Assembly: GCA_030324005.1 (NCBI GenBank)
Contig: JARDVH010000132.1
Location: 91,211,248-91,275,247, forward strand
From: Negaprion brevirostris
Taxonomy: Eukaryota
Direction of reading: 5' to 3'
Length of the DNA stretch: 64,000 nt
Shown here: one piece after another, positions 26,288-38,679 of the stretch
Position numbering within the stretch: the first letter of the stretch is position 1
How the letters are laid out: the number at the start of each line of letters is the position of its first letter
The notes under the pieces: generated by a model
Databases searched by the model: none
The model's input: only the letters and a program-made list of their open reading frames with translations
Told to the model about the DNA's origin: nothing
Translations under genes and position numbers: made by a program

Positions 26288-27329
26288 GTTTGTTCATTAT
26301 TGCTCCTTCTCATATTTGTTTTGCTAGAATTAATAAAGTTATATATACCTTAGATTCATATCCTTTCACACCCTTAGCCAACAACAATATATGGATTTCA
26401 GTTGACCCACCACCACAAACCTTTGCTCTTTGTGTCAAACATGTTTTCTGATTTTTCATCTTGACTGGCCTAGCTCTGATTTTAGGATTGCATTCCCTGT
26501 TCTGGATACTGACACCACAGGAAACTATTTCTCTAAATCTACCCTCTTAGATCCTATCATCATTTGAAACACCTAACTTTCTCAAGTCNNNNNNNNNNNN
26601 NNNNNNNNNNNNNNNNNNNNNNNNNNNNNNNNNNNNNNNNNNNNNNNNNNNNNNNNNNNNNNNNNNNNNNNNNNNNNNNNNNNNNNNNNNNNNNNNNNNN
26701 NNNNNNNNNNAGGATATTCTAGAAAGTCCCTATAGTTGTCGACAGTCTGAATAAGTGAAGTAAGCTCCTGGGCTTTGTCATTAAGATGGTAACAATCTTT
26801 TCACCTGCTGGTTTTCCTCTTTCTGTTGTTGCCCTATTCCTGAACTTTTGTCTTGTTTGAGCCTTTTCTCCCATATGCCACCTCCAATGTTATCTTGTTC
26901 ATGAGATCCCTCTCTGCTTCTTTGACCACCTTCCACGAACCTGCTGAACACCAACTTCTCTTTCTGGCCCCATACCAGGTGATAATCTAAATGGTTTTGT
27001 CTCCTCAAGTACTGCCTGTTCCCTACAAAATTATCATCATCCCACTTCAAAACACCCAGCTTCAACCCTCACAAACCGTCATTCTATTGCCAACTCCATT
27101 TTCTCTCAAGTTCTGAAATATGTTGCTGACTGCCGTAATTGTGCCCATCTTAACTCACAATGATACCCATCTTAACTACAACTACATGTTTGAACTTCTG
27201 CTTTCAAATTTCCTATGCTCGTGCCACTGAAATGGCACGAATCAAAGTGATAATGAACATAATTTGTGACCATGATGCACTGCCCATTATTCTCTTACTG
27301 TCCCTAATGCTTTGACACAGTTGTTGCAG

Positions 27330-27925
27330 TTTGATTTGATTTATTATTGTCACATGTATTAGTACATAGTAAAAAGTGTTGTTTCTTGTGCACTATACAG
27401 ACAAAGCATACAGTACGTAGAGAAAGAAAGGAGAGAGTGCAGAATGTAGCATTATAGTTATTGCTAGGATGTAGAGAAAGATCAACTTAATGCAAGGTAA
27501 GTCCATTCAGAAGTCTGATGGCTGCAGGGAAAAAGCTATTCTTGAGTTGGTTGGTACACGTCCTCAGACTTTTGTATCTTTTTCCTAATGGAAGAAAGTG
27601 GAAGAGAGTATGTCCAGGGTGTGTAGTGTCCTTGATTATGCTGGCTGCTTTTCCAAAGCAGCAGAAAGTTTAGACAGCGCAGCTGATGGGAGGCTGGTTT
27701 GAGTGATCCTTTGTAGTTTCCTGCAGTCTTGGTCAGAGCAGGAGCCACACCAAGCTGTGAAACATCCAGAAAGAATGCTTTCTATGGTGAATCTGTAAAA
27801 AATGGTGAGAGTCATAGCGGACATGCCAAATTTCCTTGGCCTCCTGAGAAAGTAGGGACGTTGGTGGGCTTTCTTATCTAGAGCATTAGAATGGGGCGAC
27901 CAGGACAGATTTTTAATGATCTGGA
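27330..27925 (-). mobile_element. Rex1/Babar LINE 3' end
   Basis: The minus-strand ORF gives KKAHQRPYFLRRPRKFGMSAMTLTIFYRFTIESILSGCFTAWCGSCSDQDCRKLQR. A (CAAAT)n-type tail lies at 27330. Confidence 0.85.
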
Positions 27926-27929
27926 CTTG

Positions 27930-28093
27930 AAAGTCTGCAAGCAACCTGAACGACTATGCCACTATAGTAAGTGACTTCAGTAGTAAGCATGTGGAAGACT
28001 GTGTGCCAAAGAAGTAATTCTGTGTTTTCCAACTGGAAACATGGATGAGCAGGGATATCCACTGCTTGCTGAAGTCCAGTGCTGAGGCGTTCA
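27930..28093 (+). mobile_element. Rex1/Babar internal ORF segment, inverted relative to the adjacent 3' end
   Basis: Translates NLNDYATIVSDFSSKHVEDCVPKK...(KP)WMSRDIHCLLKSSAEAF, typical of the Rex1 region between the endonuclease and RT. Confidence 0.65.
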
Positions 28094-28101
28094 TATGTAT
28101 A

Positions 28102-28350
28102 TTTACCATTTATATAGATGATCTGGAGGAGGGAACCGAGTGTATGGTGTCGAAATTTGCGGATGACACCAAGATTNNNNNNNNNNNNNNNNNNNNNNNN
28201 NNNNNNNNNNNNNNNNNNNNNNNNNNNNNNNNNNNNNNNNNNNNNNNNNNNNNNNNNNNNNNNNNNNNNNNNNNNNATTGAATGGCGGGGCAGGCTCGAA
28301 GGGCTAGATGGCCTACTCCTGCTCCTATTTCTTATGTTCTTATGTTCTTA
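28102..28350 (+). mobile_element. Young 5'-truncated CR1 (HER1-like) LINE; interior collapsed into a gap
   Basis: FTIYIDDLEEGTECMVSKFADDTKI (RT catalytic FADD motif), then an N gap, then the 3' UTR ending in (TTCTTATG)n. Confidence 0.9.
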
Positions 28351-29754
28351 TATCAGTTACAATAGTTCGTAACATTGTTATGATTTGGGACTGTGGGTGG
28401 GAGATTCTGGCTGTTCCTGCTGGCGTGATCATCTGGTATTGCCAAAGTCAATTTTGTGTAATTTTAAGTATAAATTGCTGACAAAAAAGTGTTTAGTTAA
28501 TAATGATTTTTGTCTATTTGTTACAGTGAAAGTCTTTAAATCATGAAATCTTACCATCTTGTCCTTTTAGCTTTCAACCAGAAGTTTGAATTTGTATTTT
28601 TAAAGCTAATGGTCTCTATGGAGATTGTAACAAAGTTGAAAGCCATCCATTGTACTCAGTTTCCTAATCATATTCAACATGGTAGTATCCTTAGCCTCCT
28701 GCTCATCCTCATCTACATGCTATCCCTTGGTGAAATCACCCAAAGTCATGGGTCAGGTTCGACATGTACACTGATGACATCTAGTTCTGTCTCTCCATCA
28801 CTCCCTTGACCTCGCCATCAAAGTTTTGTTGTAAGGCTTGTCTGACATCCAGTTTTGAATCAATTTATTACAGTTCTTCCAGTTAAACATTGGTCACACA
28901 AAACCATTGACTTTAGTCCTTGCAGCTAAGTATTTCTAATTGCCATCAATAACATCATCCTCCCTCATTACTCTCTCAGGTCGAGCCAGATTGTTTGAAT
29001 CTTCAATCTTCTATTTGATCCCGAGCTGAACTTCCCATATCCTCTCACGAAGACCATTTCGTTTCTCCTCTGACGTATCATATATTTCTGGTCCGGCCTC
29101 AGCCTATCAGCCGCTCAAAGCCTCACTCATCCCAGTGTCTCTTCTGAGCATAATAGGAGGCTTGCCATTGACCACTGATGGGATCTGCCGGCCTCACCAA
29201 AGATGATGGCCATTTTTTGTGGCTCGCCAACCACACTGCTGGGGAACGAGATTATGCCAACAGGAAAGGCTGGAAAATCCTGGTCATTGGCTCTGTAACC
29301 GTTTCCAGTCCTAGAGCCCTCCTACAAGTTGGCATTTCTCCAACACCAGACCTCTTGTGAGTCCTCCACTCCTTTCATCAAGTCATTGGTAACTATGCCT
29401 TCTGTAGTCTACATCTTAAACGTAATTCCCACCCTAAGCCTCTTGATAACTCCACCTCCTTAAGCACTTCTTTGTAGCCCCTCTCTGGCTGAACTATTTG
29501 GTATTCCTCCTGGAATTTTCTCCTCTAGCTCAGCATCCATTTTTGTATTATTAACCTGCTGTGTAATATCACATGATGTTTGTATAATGCTTTTATCTGG
29601 AAAAGACAGAAGTTACTTTTGGGCCTGCTCAAAATCAAATGGTACAATGTAATGAAGTTAATGTACTGGAAGATGAACCAACTAACCTTTTCTCACTCTC
29701 GCACTAATATACACTGTCTTTTAAACTTTTGGATTAAGTTCATACCTCTCCTAG

Positions 29755-30660
29755 TCTTACAAGATGAAGCGCTCAAGGTGTAGGGAGTAACTTAGCAGCA
29801 TGGATATCAGATTGGTTAACTAATGGGAGACAGAGTAGGCACGAATGGGTCATTTTTGGGTTGGCAAGATGTCACAAGTGGAGTGCCACGGGGATTGGAG
29901 CTGGAGCCTAAGGGACTAAACGTATGGTTGCTGAATTTGCTGATGACACAAAGAAAGGTAGGAGAGTAACTTGTGAAGATAATGTAAGGAGTTTGCAAAG
30001 GTATGTAGTTATGTTAACTGAGTGGGCAAACATTTGGCAGACAGAGTATCATGTGGGAAAATGTGAACTTGTCCATTTTGTCAGGAAGAAAATAAAATCA
30101 GCATATTAGCTAAATGGAAAAATATTACAGAACTCTACTGTACAGAGGGAACAGGATCTCCGAGTACATGAATCACAAAAGTTAGTTCATGGATACAGCA
30201 AGTGATTCATAAGGCAAGTGATTCATAAGGCAAATGAAATGATGGTTCTTGCAAGGGGAATGGAATATTAAAGTAGGGAAGTTTTTTTTGCTTCAGTTTT
30301 ACAGTGCGTGTAGTTTTGTCTCCTTACTTAAGAAGGGACATAGTTGCATTAGAAGCAGTTAAGAGAAGGTTCACTTGACTAATTCCAGGGATGAAGAGGT
30401 TAGTTTTTGACCAAAGTTGTATCCAGTGGGCTTTAGGAAAACAAGAGGTTATCTTATTGAAACATGTGAGATTTTGAGGGGTACTTGACAGGGTGAATGC
30501 TGAACGGATGGTTCCCCCTGTGGAGGAAGCTGGAACTAGGTGACACAGTTTAGGACTCTTCAACCTATTACAACAGACGAGGAAGAAAAGATTCTCTGAG
30601 GGTCTGAGTCTGTGGTATTTTCACAAGAGAGCGATGGAGGCAGGATTCACTAAATATCCG
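29755..30660 (+). mobile_element. Decayed CR1 LINE ORF2 RT/C-terminal fragment
   Basis: VTSGVPRG..., VAEFADDTK, WQTEYHVGKCELVHF, and EAV.RRFT-like segments with frameshifts. Confidence 0.85.
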
Positions 30661-30728
30661 AGTGTTATTTAGCTTGTATGAACATTGACTGTCTTGGATC
30701 TCCAGTTTAATATTAACTCAAATGCGAA

Positions 30729-31514
30729 GGATTGAATTCCTTACAAAAAATTCCTCCCAAAATAAGTGCCGAATTTGGGTAAAAACTGGAATACATAACG
30801 TTGCTTTTTCAGCGAGATTTTCAAAATGAATCTCCCACACGCTGAGCACTGCAGAGTGCCTGAGCGTGATCTTGTTAAAAATCAGTGGGCGGACCTATTC
30901 CTACTGGAGAGGACTGCAGCACTGCGAATGCACTGATCTGTTAGAGCCGAGATTGGCACATGCACAGTAGCCCCACACTGCTGGCCTCCCCACCTCTGGC
31001 CAGCCCTGCAATTCCACATTTCACTGCCCCTCCAACCCCCAACACACCCTGATTGCTGCCACCTCTCCCTCCAGCAGGCCAACCCCCTCCACCCCCAGGG
31101 GCAGTGCCAGGGGGCTGAGCTTGCACTACCAGCCTGGCAATGGCCAGGGAGCCATCCCTTCTTACCCCAGGCCTTTTGAAGAGCCTCCATGGCCCCCCTT
31201 CACTCCAGTCGGGTTGGGCCACCAGCTCCCCATTAGTGGAGAGCTGTTGTAAACCCTGCTGGAGTGAACCACTCCTCACGGGGAGGGGGGAGATGGGCGA
31301 CAGGCTAGCAGACCTGGAGACTTCAGTCCCGGGCTTGCTAATCAAATTCAAATTTGAATTTAAATATTTTAATGAACTCCACACCGATTTCTGGCGGGGA
31401 GCTGATGACGCCAGAAATCTGGCAGCTGGAGATGTGCAGAGGCCCTGTTGCCCAGAGGAAAAACCAATACACAGCCTCCTCTTGTGTCTCCCAGCAGGCT
31501 GGGAGAATTGACCC
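30729..31514. mobile_element. GC-rich non-autonomous DNA-transposon/MITE-like element
   Basis: Termini ggattgaattcc and gggagaattgaccc form an imperfect TIR. The interior is GC/CpG-rich with C-runs, unlike the flanks. Confidence 0.55.
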
Positions 31515-31599
31515 ATAATCTTTGTTTTTCTCTTAACTTAAGCAACTGGCATTCTGGCAGTTGACAATGCTGCTTTTGCTGACAGCATGTCAGTAAGTA

Positions 31600-31815
31600 A
31601 AGTGGCTGTTGTCCTGATGACCATAGACTGCTTTCCCCTTTGAAGGGGAGACTGGCTGGTGGCGATTTAACCTCAGGATCACCACATCACAGGCGAGGTT
31701 GAGAAGGTGGGGCCTCCATGAGTAATCTAGCCAGTACAGGAACTGAACATGTGTTGTTGGCATCATTCTGCATCACTAGCCAGCCAGCCATCCAGCCAAC
31801 TGAGCTAACCTGATT
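31600..31815 (-). mobile_element. tRNA-derived SINE with a Meta-domain-like core
   Basis: The reverse complement begins ggttagctcagttggctgg (tRNA A box) and contains ccccaccttctcaacctcgcctgtgatgtggtgatcctgaggttaaatcgccaccagcc. Confidence 0.65.
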
Positions 31816-33096
31816 CTCCCAACGGTATGCACGGCCAATTTGTTGTAATTACATTATTGGCAACATTTTCTGTAAGACCATTGTTTGTTGCAATCCTCTC
31901 GCATTAGATCAAAGGCAAAATTTCTTGAAAATTCTTTATCATATTCTGTCATTGATGTTGCTGGTCCAAGGAGCTTCGAAATGACACGACCTCCAAGAAA
32001 CAGACTAGCGAGTTTCTCAGTTTCCTTTGACCAATGTTTGGTTATTTAGTGCTCCATGGTGGAACAGATAAATAAATTAACTATAGCATGACCAAGATAT
32101 TTTTGGAAGTTAAGAGTTGGTTGATTTATTTTTGTTGCATTACTATTCCAGTCGTGTTGATAATGGTCGCTATTCTTAATGTTGTTGGGACGTCTGGATT
32201 TTTGAATTCTGATGTATTAAACTCACCCAAAATATTAAAATTGCCTCAAGCAGTCTATCCTCCAAAGGAGAAATGTCCAACTGGGAGAGCCAGTGAGCCT
32301 GGACCAATGTAACCAAATGAGATTAGCTTTTTAAGCTTTCTGCATTTAAAATTATGGCCGATCTGCTTACTGATTTTGACTCCATTTGTGAACTTCTCAA
32401 GAGTCTACATTTCTGCTGAGAATTTCAAACCCAACTCTGCTTTGCTTAGATCAATGAACTGCAAAATTGGATTTCCATTCTAATTATTGTTAAATAATAA
32501 ACATTTTGAAATCTCCATTTCAAGGATCTTGAAGAAGTGCCATCAATACTTACAAAAATGGAGGAAGGAATAAAACACTCCAGATCTGCACCGTGTGCTC
32601 TTAATCAAAGTCTCAACATGTGTTTGCAGTAAACACCTGTTTAACGGTCCAGCTGTACTTATAGAGGTTAAACATAATTCCTAAGCTTCTAAATCACAGC
32701 ATTTCTTTTTGCCGTTTATCTTATTATACCATATGTTTGAAAATAAAAACATTTATTAGACCAAGGGTGCAGCATGTGTTAAGAGCTTTTAGGTCGTGGG
32801 AGATTAAGAAATCTTGAATACACAAGTGAGTGTTGCAGTCTTTCTCCGATCTCCACCCTCCCTCCCAATCTCTTCACCTTTTTCCATATTCTTAATAGCA
32901 GATAAAGCTTTCAATGTTCAATCCAAAGACTGGTAAAAGCAGCATAACCAAGATCATTGTTTCTTTCGACAAACTACAGTTAGTATTTACATGTTTTAAA
33001 TTTTATACGAAACATATATCATGCATTAAAAGTAATAATCAACTGCAAAGTTAGTCATACCTCTGGAACCCAGACAATTATTAGAATCAGAATTCT

Positions 33097-33232
33097 GTGT
33101 GCTCCAGTTTCCTCCCACAGTCCAAAGATGTGTGGGTTAGGTGGATTAGCCATGCTCAATTGCCCCTTAGTGTCGGGGTATTAGTAGGGTAAATACATGG
33201 GGTTACAGGGTTAGGCCTGAGTGGGATTATTC
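33097..33232 (+). mobile_element. V-SINE (HE1-like) 3' half
   Basis: gtgctccagtttcctcccacagtccaaagatgtgtgggttaggtggattagccatgctcaattgccccttagtgtc. Confidence 0.8.
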
Positions 33233-35854
33233 TCCCATTTTCCTGGTATTTTCCCAAACAAGGATATATTTTAAAGTAACATTAAGTATGAATTTTAAGC
33301 TACCTTTTTTACCAATTCCTTATTTTTTTAATGAACATATTAATTTTTTTCTTGAGGTCCATGGGTATACCCATCCTCACCAGTTCATTGTTCAAATTGT
33401 CATCCTAAGAACCCATTCAGCCGAACATGGTCCTGTCTTCAACTGAAGTTCACATGCATTTTACAGCAAGGTCATTGGAAACCCTGCTAATTTTTTTTCC
33501 GCCTTTCCACCCATCCTGTCCATAACTCGGTGGCATATTCAACATTACCTTTACCCTTTGGCCCTGTAGGTGATCTGTAGTTGTTATGCATGGCTCTATT
33601 AGGAGTTCTAAGACAGCCAGTGGTTGAAGGAATATATTTTAAGTTTCTGTCCGTAACCTGAACTCTCTTTCTGCATCTCAATCACTGGCTCTCCTCCGAG
33701 TTCCAAATGTTCAGTCTGTGAATGGGAGAATTGCCAGTAACTTGATATGAAGACTGATCACCCTCATGTCAATCGGTGAAGAGGACCAAGCACTGTCTGC
33801 AGAATTTTCATAGCGTTGCATTACATTTGTATTTTTTAAACTAAATGACAAAAATGTCCTAAATGGTATAAATCAATATTCTTTTTAGTATAGTAAATGT
33901 GTAGTTAACATTTAACATATTAAACTTGCAATACTTTTTATTCTCTCTGCACTGCTTTTGCACAACAAAACAGTTTGTTGTATATTTTGTAGCAGATTTC
34001 TTCAATTGGTGCAGCAATTTTAAGCAGTAGTATTTACTGGTAATAAACTCAAGAGGAGACAGTTACTTTCATTTAAAGTTGGAAGATGTGGTTGTACAGC
34101 TACTGTGGTCTTGCGTCAGATGTGAGGCCATTTCTACCTATTAAGTTGTCATAATGTAACTGAGATAAAAGAGGAGTTTAGCCAGAAGAGACTAATTGGA
34201 TTGTCAATATATTTTACCATTTACATTTTAAAATCAACTCCCTGGAACAGCCATTTGTGATCTTTATTTAGTGTTGAAACTGCAGATTGACAAAGTACAG
34301 AACACTACTTTCACAGTATGTATTCTGTTTTGGGGTCAGCATAGTGCCACAAATTATTTTGTTCTTGCCTGTTAAAATCCACTTAGCACATGGCAATGAT
34401 CATTCTCATTTCAGTTGATAAATATTACAGCTTTGACAGCTGAACAGTGAAGGATTTGGAACTAGCCAGTAAAGAACCTTTTGCTTTGTAAATCAAAACT
34501 GTAATATCCCTTGTAATAGGCAGCAAAAAGATAAAATTCTGCTGTCACTGCAGTTTTAAAATTAATACAATTTCACTGGAGGATGTCCATTGTTGGATGG
34601 CACCATCACTCCTCTGAATCAGTTAGAGACATTTGAATAAAATCCAAAATAATGAGCAGTATTTTGTCATGTGTAAAGAGGGTAAATTCGAGAAACATTT
34701 GCCCTTGGATATCATCATTAATCTGTTACCAACTGACGAAGGGTCTCAATCAGTGTGTGAAATTGGCATTTTTTTTAAACTAGACCAAGCTGAAATAGGA
34801 TGATTAGCTTGTTAACTAAGTAATGGGAGTTTAAAATACTGATGTCTTGTAATACCATGCAAGTATCAGTGAACAGACACTTTACTTATAATTCATTTTT
34901 AATTCTAAGGAAGCATTTAACTTGTAAATGAATAAATGACTGTCTCCATTAAAATAGCAGATAGATGAACTGGATGCAAGCAATAAAGTCCATTTATTAA
35001 TACACAAGTAATTTCAGGGCCTCAGAATAAGCTTAGTGGCTTTTTCCTGGTTTCTGAGAGAAAGGTCAGTCTCGAGACTGGTGCTTCACACAAGCTTGAG
35101 TTATGTTGGGGACTTTGTTCCGGGATGATTAGCATAGAGCAATAACTCTAAACTGTTATTCGAATGTAAAGTGAACATCAAGATTTAGCCCACACATTGG
35201 AATTACTTTCCCAAGGTTTTTTGCCACACATTCCTGTCTGCTGAATGTGATTCAACACGCAAACTGATTAGTTCTTACACTGGGACATTCCATGAAATCA
35301 GAGGACCTCAGTAACAGGAATGGCAAGCAGAACCGTGGCAACTTACCAGACTGCATCCCTCCTACTGAATAGTATGTTGAAAGGCTGGTTGAGGTGGGGT
35401 TTGATGTGGAAAGATGCGGACATAATATCAGCTATTTAAAATAAAATCATTCAAGCAGCCATTTTGTACAGGATTTTCAATATTGTGCACACACTCAAAA
35501 ATAAGGCTAAGAAATAAATCCTGTTATTTTCTTCAATTGCTACCTCACTACAAAGAAGGTTTAAATATGAACAAAGCCGCAGAAGAAGAACAGTTAACCA
35601 CCTCATGCTTTTTTGAAGGGTTACCTTAGAATTTACAAGCTAGTGAGGAACCACTTACTACAAGTGTTGGAAATGCATTGAGTGATAACAGATGTGTTTG
35701 CTATCTTATTAGTGTATTTTTCATTGTTCATAATTAAGACACTTGTAGGTCAGGTCTTTCTTGCTGTGATTTTCATCACTGCCCACCCCCACCAAATGTA
35801 TTCACTTAGTCCATCCTATGCGAAATAGGAACAAAGGATGTTTATTTAAAATAG

Positions 35855-36003
35855 TTGCTTGGTGGTACAGAATTTGAGTTTTACTGAAAAAAACAGACAT
35901 GCTGTCGAAGGTTTTTGATTTGCACTCATCAGGACACCTTCTCGAGGTCAAATCTCGACAGTTCACATTGCATGAGAAGAGAATACTGATTGGTTGGTAA
36001 GTG
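35855..36003 (-). mobile_element. Penelope-like terminal-repeat remnant with a decayed hammerhead motif
   Basis: The reverse complement reads tgtc-CTGATGA-gtgcaaatc-AAAA-acct-tc-gaca (35903-35936). Same family as 290-502. Confidence 0.6.
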
Positions 36004-36004
36004 G

Positions 36005-36365
36005 AAACATAAAAACTAGAAGGAGAGCATACCATTCGGTCCTTTGAACCTGCTCCACCATTCACTTTGTCCATGGTTGATCATCAAATTCAATATCCTG
36101 AAACCACCTTCCCCTACATCCCTTGAAGCCTCTAGTCCCAAGAGCTTTATCTAATTTTTTTTCTTGAAATCACACAACATTTTGGCCTCAACTACTTCCT
36201 GTGGCAGTGAATTCCACAGGTTCACCACTTTCTGGGTAAATAACTTTCTCCTTGCATTAGTCCTAAAAGATTTACCCCTTTTATCCTCAAACCATGACCC
36301 CCTAGTTCTGAACTCCCCACCATCAGGAACATTCTGAATCTACCCTGAGTAATCCTGTTAGAATT
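36005..36365 (-). mobile_element. CR1 LINE 3' end
   Basis: aacataaaaactagaaggagagcataccattcggtcctttgaacctgctccaccattca...gaattccacaggttcaccactttctgggt. Confidence 0.8.
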
Positions 36366-36367
36366 TT

Positions 36368-36665
36368 AGAACATAAGAAATAGGAGCAGGAGTAGGCCAT
36401 CTAGCCCTTCGAGCCTGCCCCGCCATTCAATAAGATCATGGNNNNNNNNNNNNNNNNNNNNNNNNNNNNNNNNNNNNNNNNNNNNNNNNNNNNNNNNNNN
36501 NNNNNNNNNNNNNNNNNNNNNNNNNNNNNNNNNNNNNNNNNNNNNNNNNNNNNNNNNNNNNNNNNNNNNNNNNNNNTGCAGTAAAACATCTCTATTCCTA
36601 TCAGCAAATCCTCTCACTATAAAGGCCAGTATACCATTTGCCGCCTTTCCTGCCTGCTATACCTA
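36368..36665 (-). mobile_element. Young CR1 LINE (same family as 28102-28350); interior gapped
   Basis: 36368-36431 is the exact reverse complement of 28277-28340. After the gap the minus strand reads RGFADRNRDVLL. Confidence 0.85.
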
Positions 36666-36669
36666 CCTG

Positions 36670-37870
36670 CTTACTTTTTAGTTAGCCAAGAGTGATGGTT
36701 CCTCTTTATATAAAGACTTATGTAAGTATATAAAGTTTTCTTTATATACTTATTCTGAAATATCCCCTTATGTATCTGCCACCGATTCTCTACTGATCTA
36801 TCCCTTAGCCTCGTATCCCAATTCACTTCACCTAGCTCAGTTTTCATGCCCACATAGTTGCCCTTATTTAACTTCAAAAGTATAAAACTGGATGTAAAAT
36901 TCAGTCATATTGTAGTGCTGCTATCTAGGGCTGCCTTTATTCTGAGGTTATTAATTATTCCTGTCACGTTGCAAAACACTAAGTTTATAAGATCTGTTCT
37001 ATGGTTGATTCCAGAACACGATGGTCTAAGAAAATATCTTAGAACTATTTTAAGAACCTCATCCAGGCTACTACTGCCAATCTGACTTTTTCAGTTTAAA
37101 CATAAATTCAAGTCAGCCATGATTATTACCATTCCTCTAACACAAGTACCCAATATTTCTTCATGTATACTTTGCTCTATGTTGTGGTTACTGTTATGGG
37201 GCCTATAATCCACTCCCTCTAATAATTTCTTTCCCCTACTATTCCTCATGTCCACCCTACCACATCCTGATCTCTTGAGCCAAGTTGATCTCTTTACTGC
37301 GCCACTGTCATCCTTGATCAACAGTGCTATCCTTCCAGTTTTATCTAGTTTCTTTTTGTTTTGAATATCTTGTACCCCATTATATTTAGGACCCAATTCT
37401 TGTCCCCATGCAGCCAGGTCTCATAATGGCTATTAGATCATATTTATTTATTTCAGTGTATGCTATTAATTTGTTTATTTGGCTATGTACATTTAGATAT
37501 AGATCATTAGTTTAATTTTTTATCTTTGTTACACCTAGTCTTGATTCTTTGTGCATTCTTAGTCTTTTTCTCTCTGTCGCTTCCTGCAGTTCTGTGCCCC
37601 TCATTTCCCATATTACTATTTTCTATTTTCTTGTTCTACTCTTGGATATACTACATCTTTCCATGCCCCTTTGATCTCTTGCCCCACAATTTAGTTCAAA
37701 GCTCTCTCTACTTTTCTGGTTACACACTTTGCAACCGGTCTCAGCACAGTTCAGGTGCAGATCTTCCCAACATTACAACCTCCACTTTCCCTCGTGCAGG
37801 TGCCCCACATACTAGAACCAACCTCCCTTATACCAGTCTTTGAGCCACATATTCACCTCTATGTGCTCTA
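36670..37870 (-). mobile_element. Decayed CR1 ORF2 endonuclease region
   Basis: Minus-strand peptides IALLIKDD, LLEGVDYRPHNS, VIIMADLNL and KGNYVGMKTELGEVNW match CR1 APE-endonuclease motifs. Confidence 0.75.
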
Positions 37871-37914
37871 TGCCAATTTGCCACCATAAATGTTCAAACC
37901 TGTATCCTTGGGCT

Positions 37915-38415
37915 TAAAGGAATGGAGATACAGATGTACCACAGAGAGCATCCTTTCTGGGTATATCATAGCTTGGTATGGCTCCTGCTCTGCCCAAGAC
38001 CATAAGAAACCACAAAAGATAGTGAATGAAGCCTAGTCCATCATGCAAACCAGCCTACCATCCATCGACTCCGTCTACACTTCCCACTGCCTCAGAAAAG
38101 CAGATATCATCATCAAGAACCCCATGCACTCCTGACGTATTCTCTTCCACCTTTTTCTGTCGGGAAAAAGATACAAAGATCTGAGATCATGTAGTAACTG
38201 ACTCAAGAACAGCTTCTTCCCTACTGCCATTAGACTTTTGAATGGACCTACCTCATATTAAGTTGATCTTTCTCTACAGCCTAACTATGACTGTAACACT
38301 ACATTCTGCTCTCTGTCCTTTCCTTTGCTATGTATGGAATGCTTTGTCTGTATAGCGCACAAGAAACAATACTTTTTGCTGTATACTAATACAGATGACA
38401 ATAAATCAAATCAAG
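37915..38415 (+). mobile_element. Rex1/Babar LINE 3' end
   Basis: YRCTTESILSGYIIAWYGSCSAQDHKK..., with tail aataaatcaaatcaa. Homologous to the reverse complement of 27330-27800. Confidence 0.85.
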
Positions 38416-38679
38416 ATGAGGTTTGTCTCAGACTGATAGAGAATAATAGTTTTAATTGGGATGATGGTATTGAAAGTGGAGATGAGGGTGTGGTTGAACA
38501 GATCAATAAATGCAGAAATGTCATGGTGAACTGACAGTTGGAACATGGAAGTTGTAAATCAATTAGCAAAGTGTTTTCCAGTGGTGTGCACAGAAGAAAA
38601 TAGGGAAAGGGGATTTTCGTAGCAAGTGATACAGGGAAGCAGTACATATTATGGGAGTAGCAAGGCCAAGTGAAATGGC

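Larger units (their letters stand above)
26780..29570 (+). mobile_element. Old L2-clade LINE ORF2 remnant split by younger nested insertions
   Basis: 5' part has gccactgaaatggcacgaatcaaagtg (TETALIKV-like). 3' part at 28665-28800 reads QHGSILSLLLILIYMLSLGEI...MYTDD (RT motifs GSILGPLLF/YADD). Confidence 0.65.

Noticed and set aside
30882-31516. ORFs of 102-191 aa on both strands
   Set aside because: They lie in a GC-rich MITE-like repeat, have no recognisable domain and are expected by chance in GC-rich DNA.
31608-31640. CTGATGA motif suggesting another hammerhead
   Set aside because: No stem II followed by GAAA; it lies at the end of a SINE.
34732-34770. ctgacgaagggtctc resembling a Penelope hammerhead 5' half
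   Set aside because: No complementary stem II arm or matching element tail.
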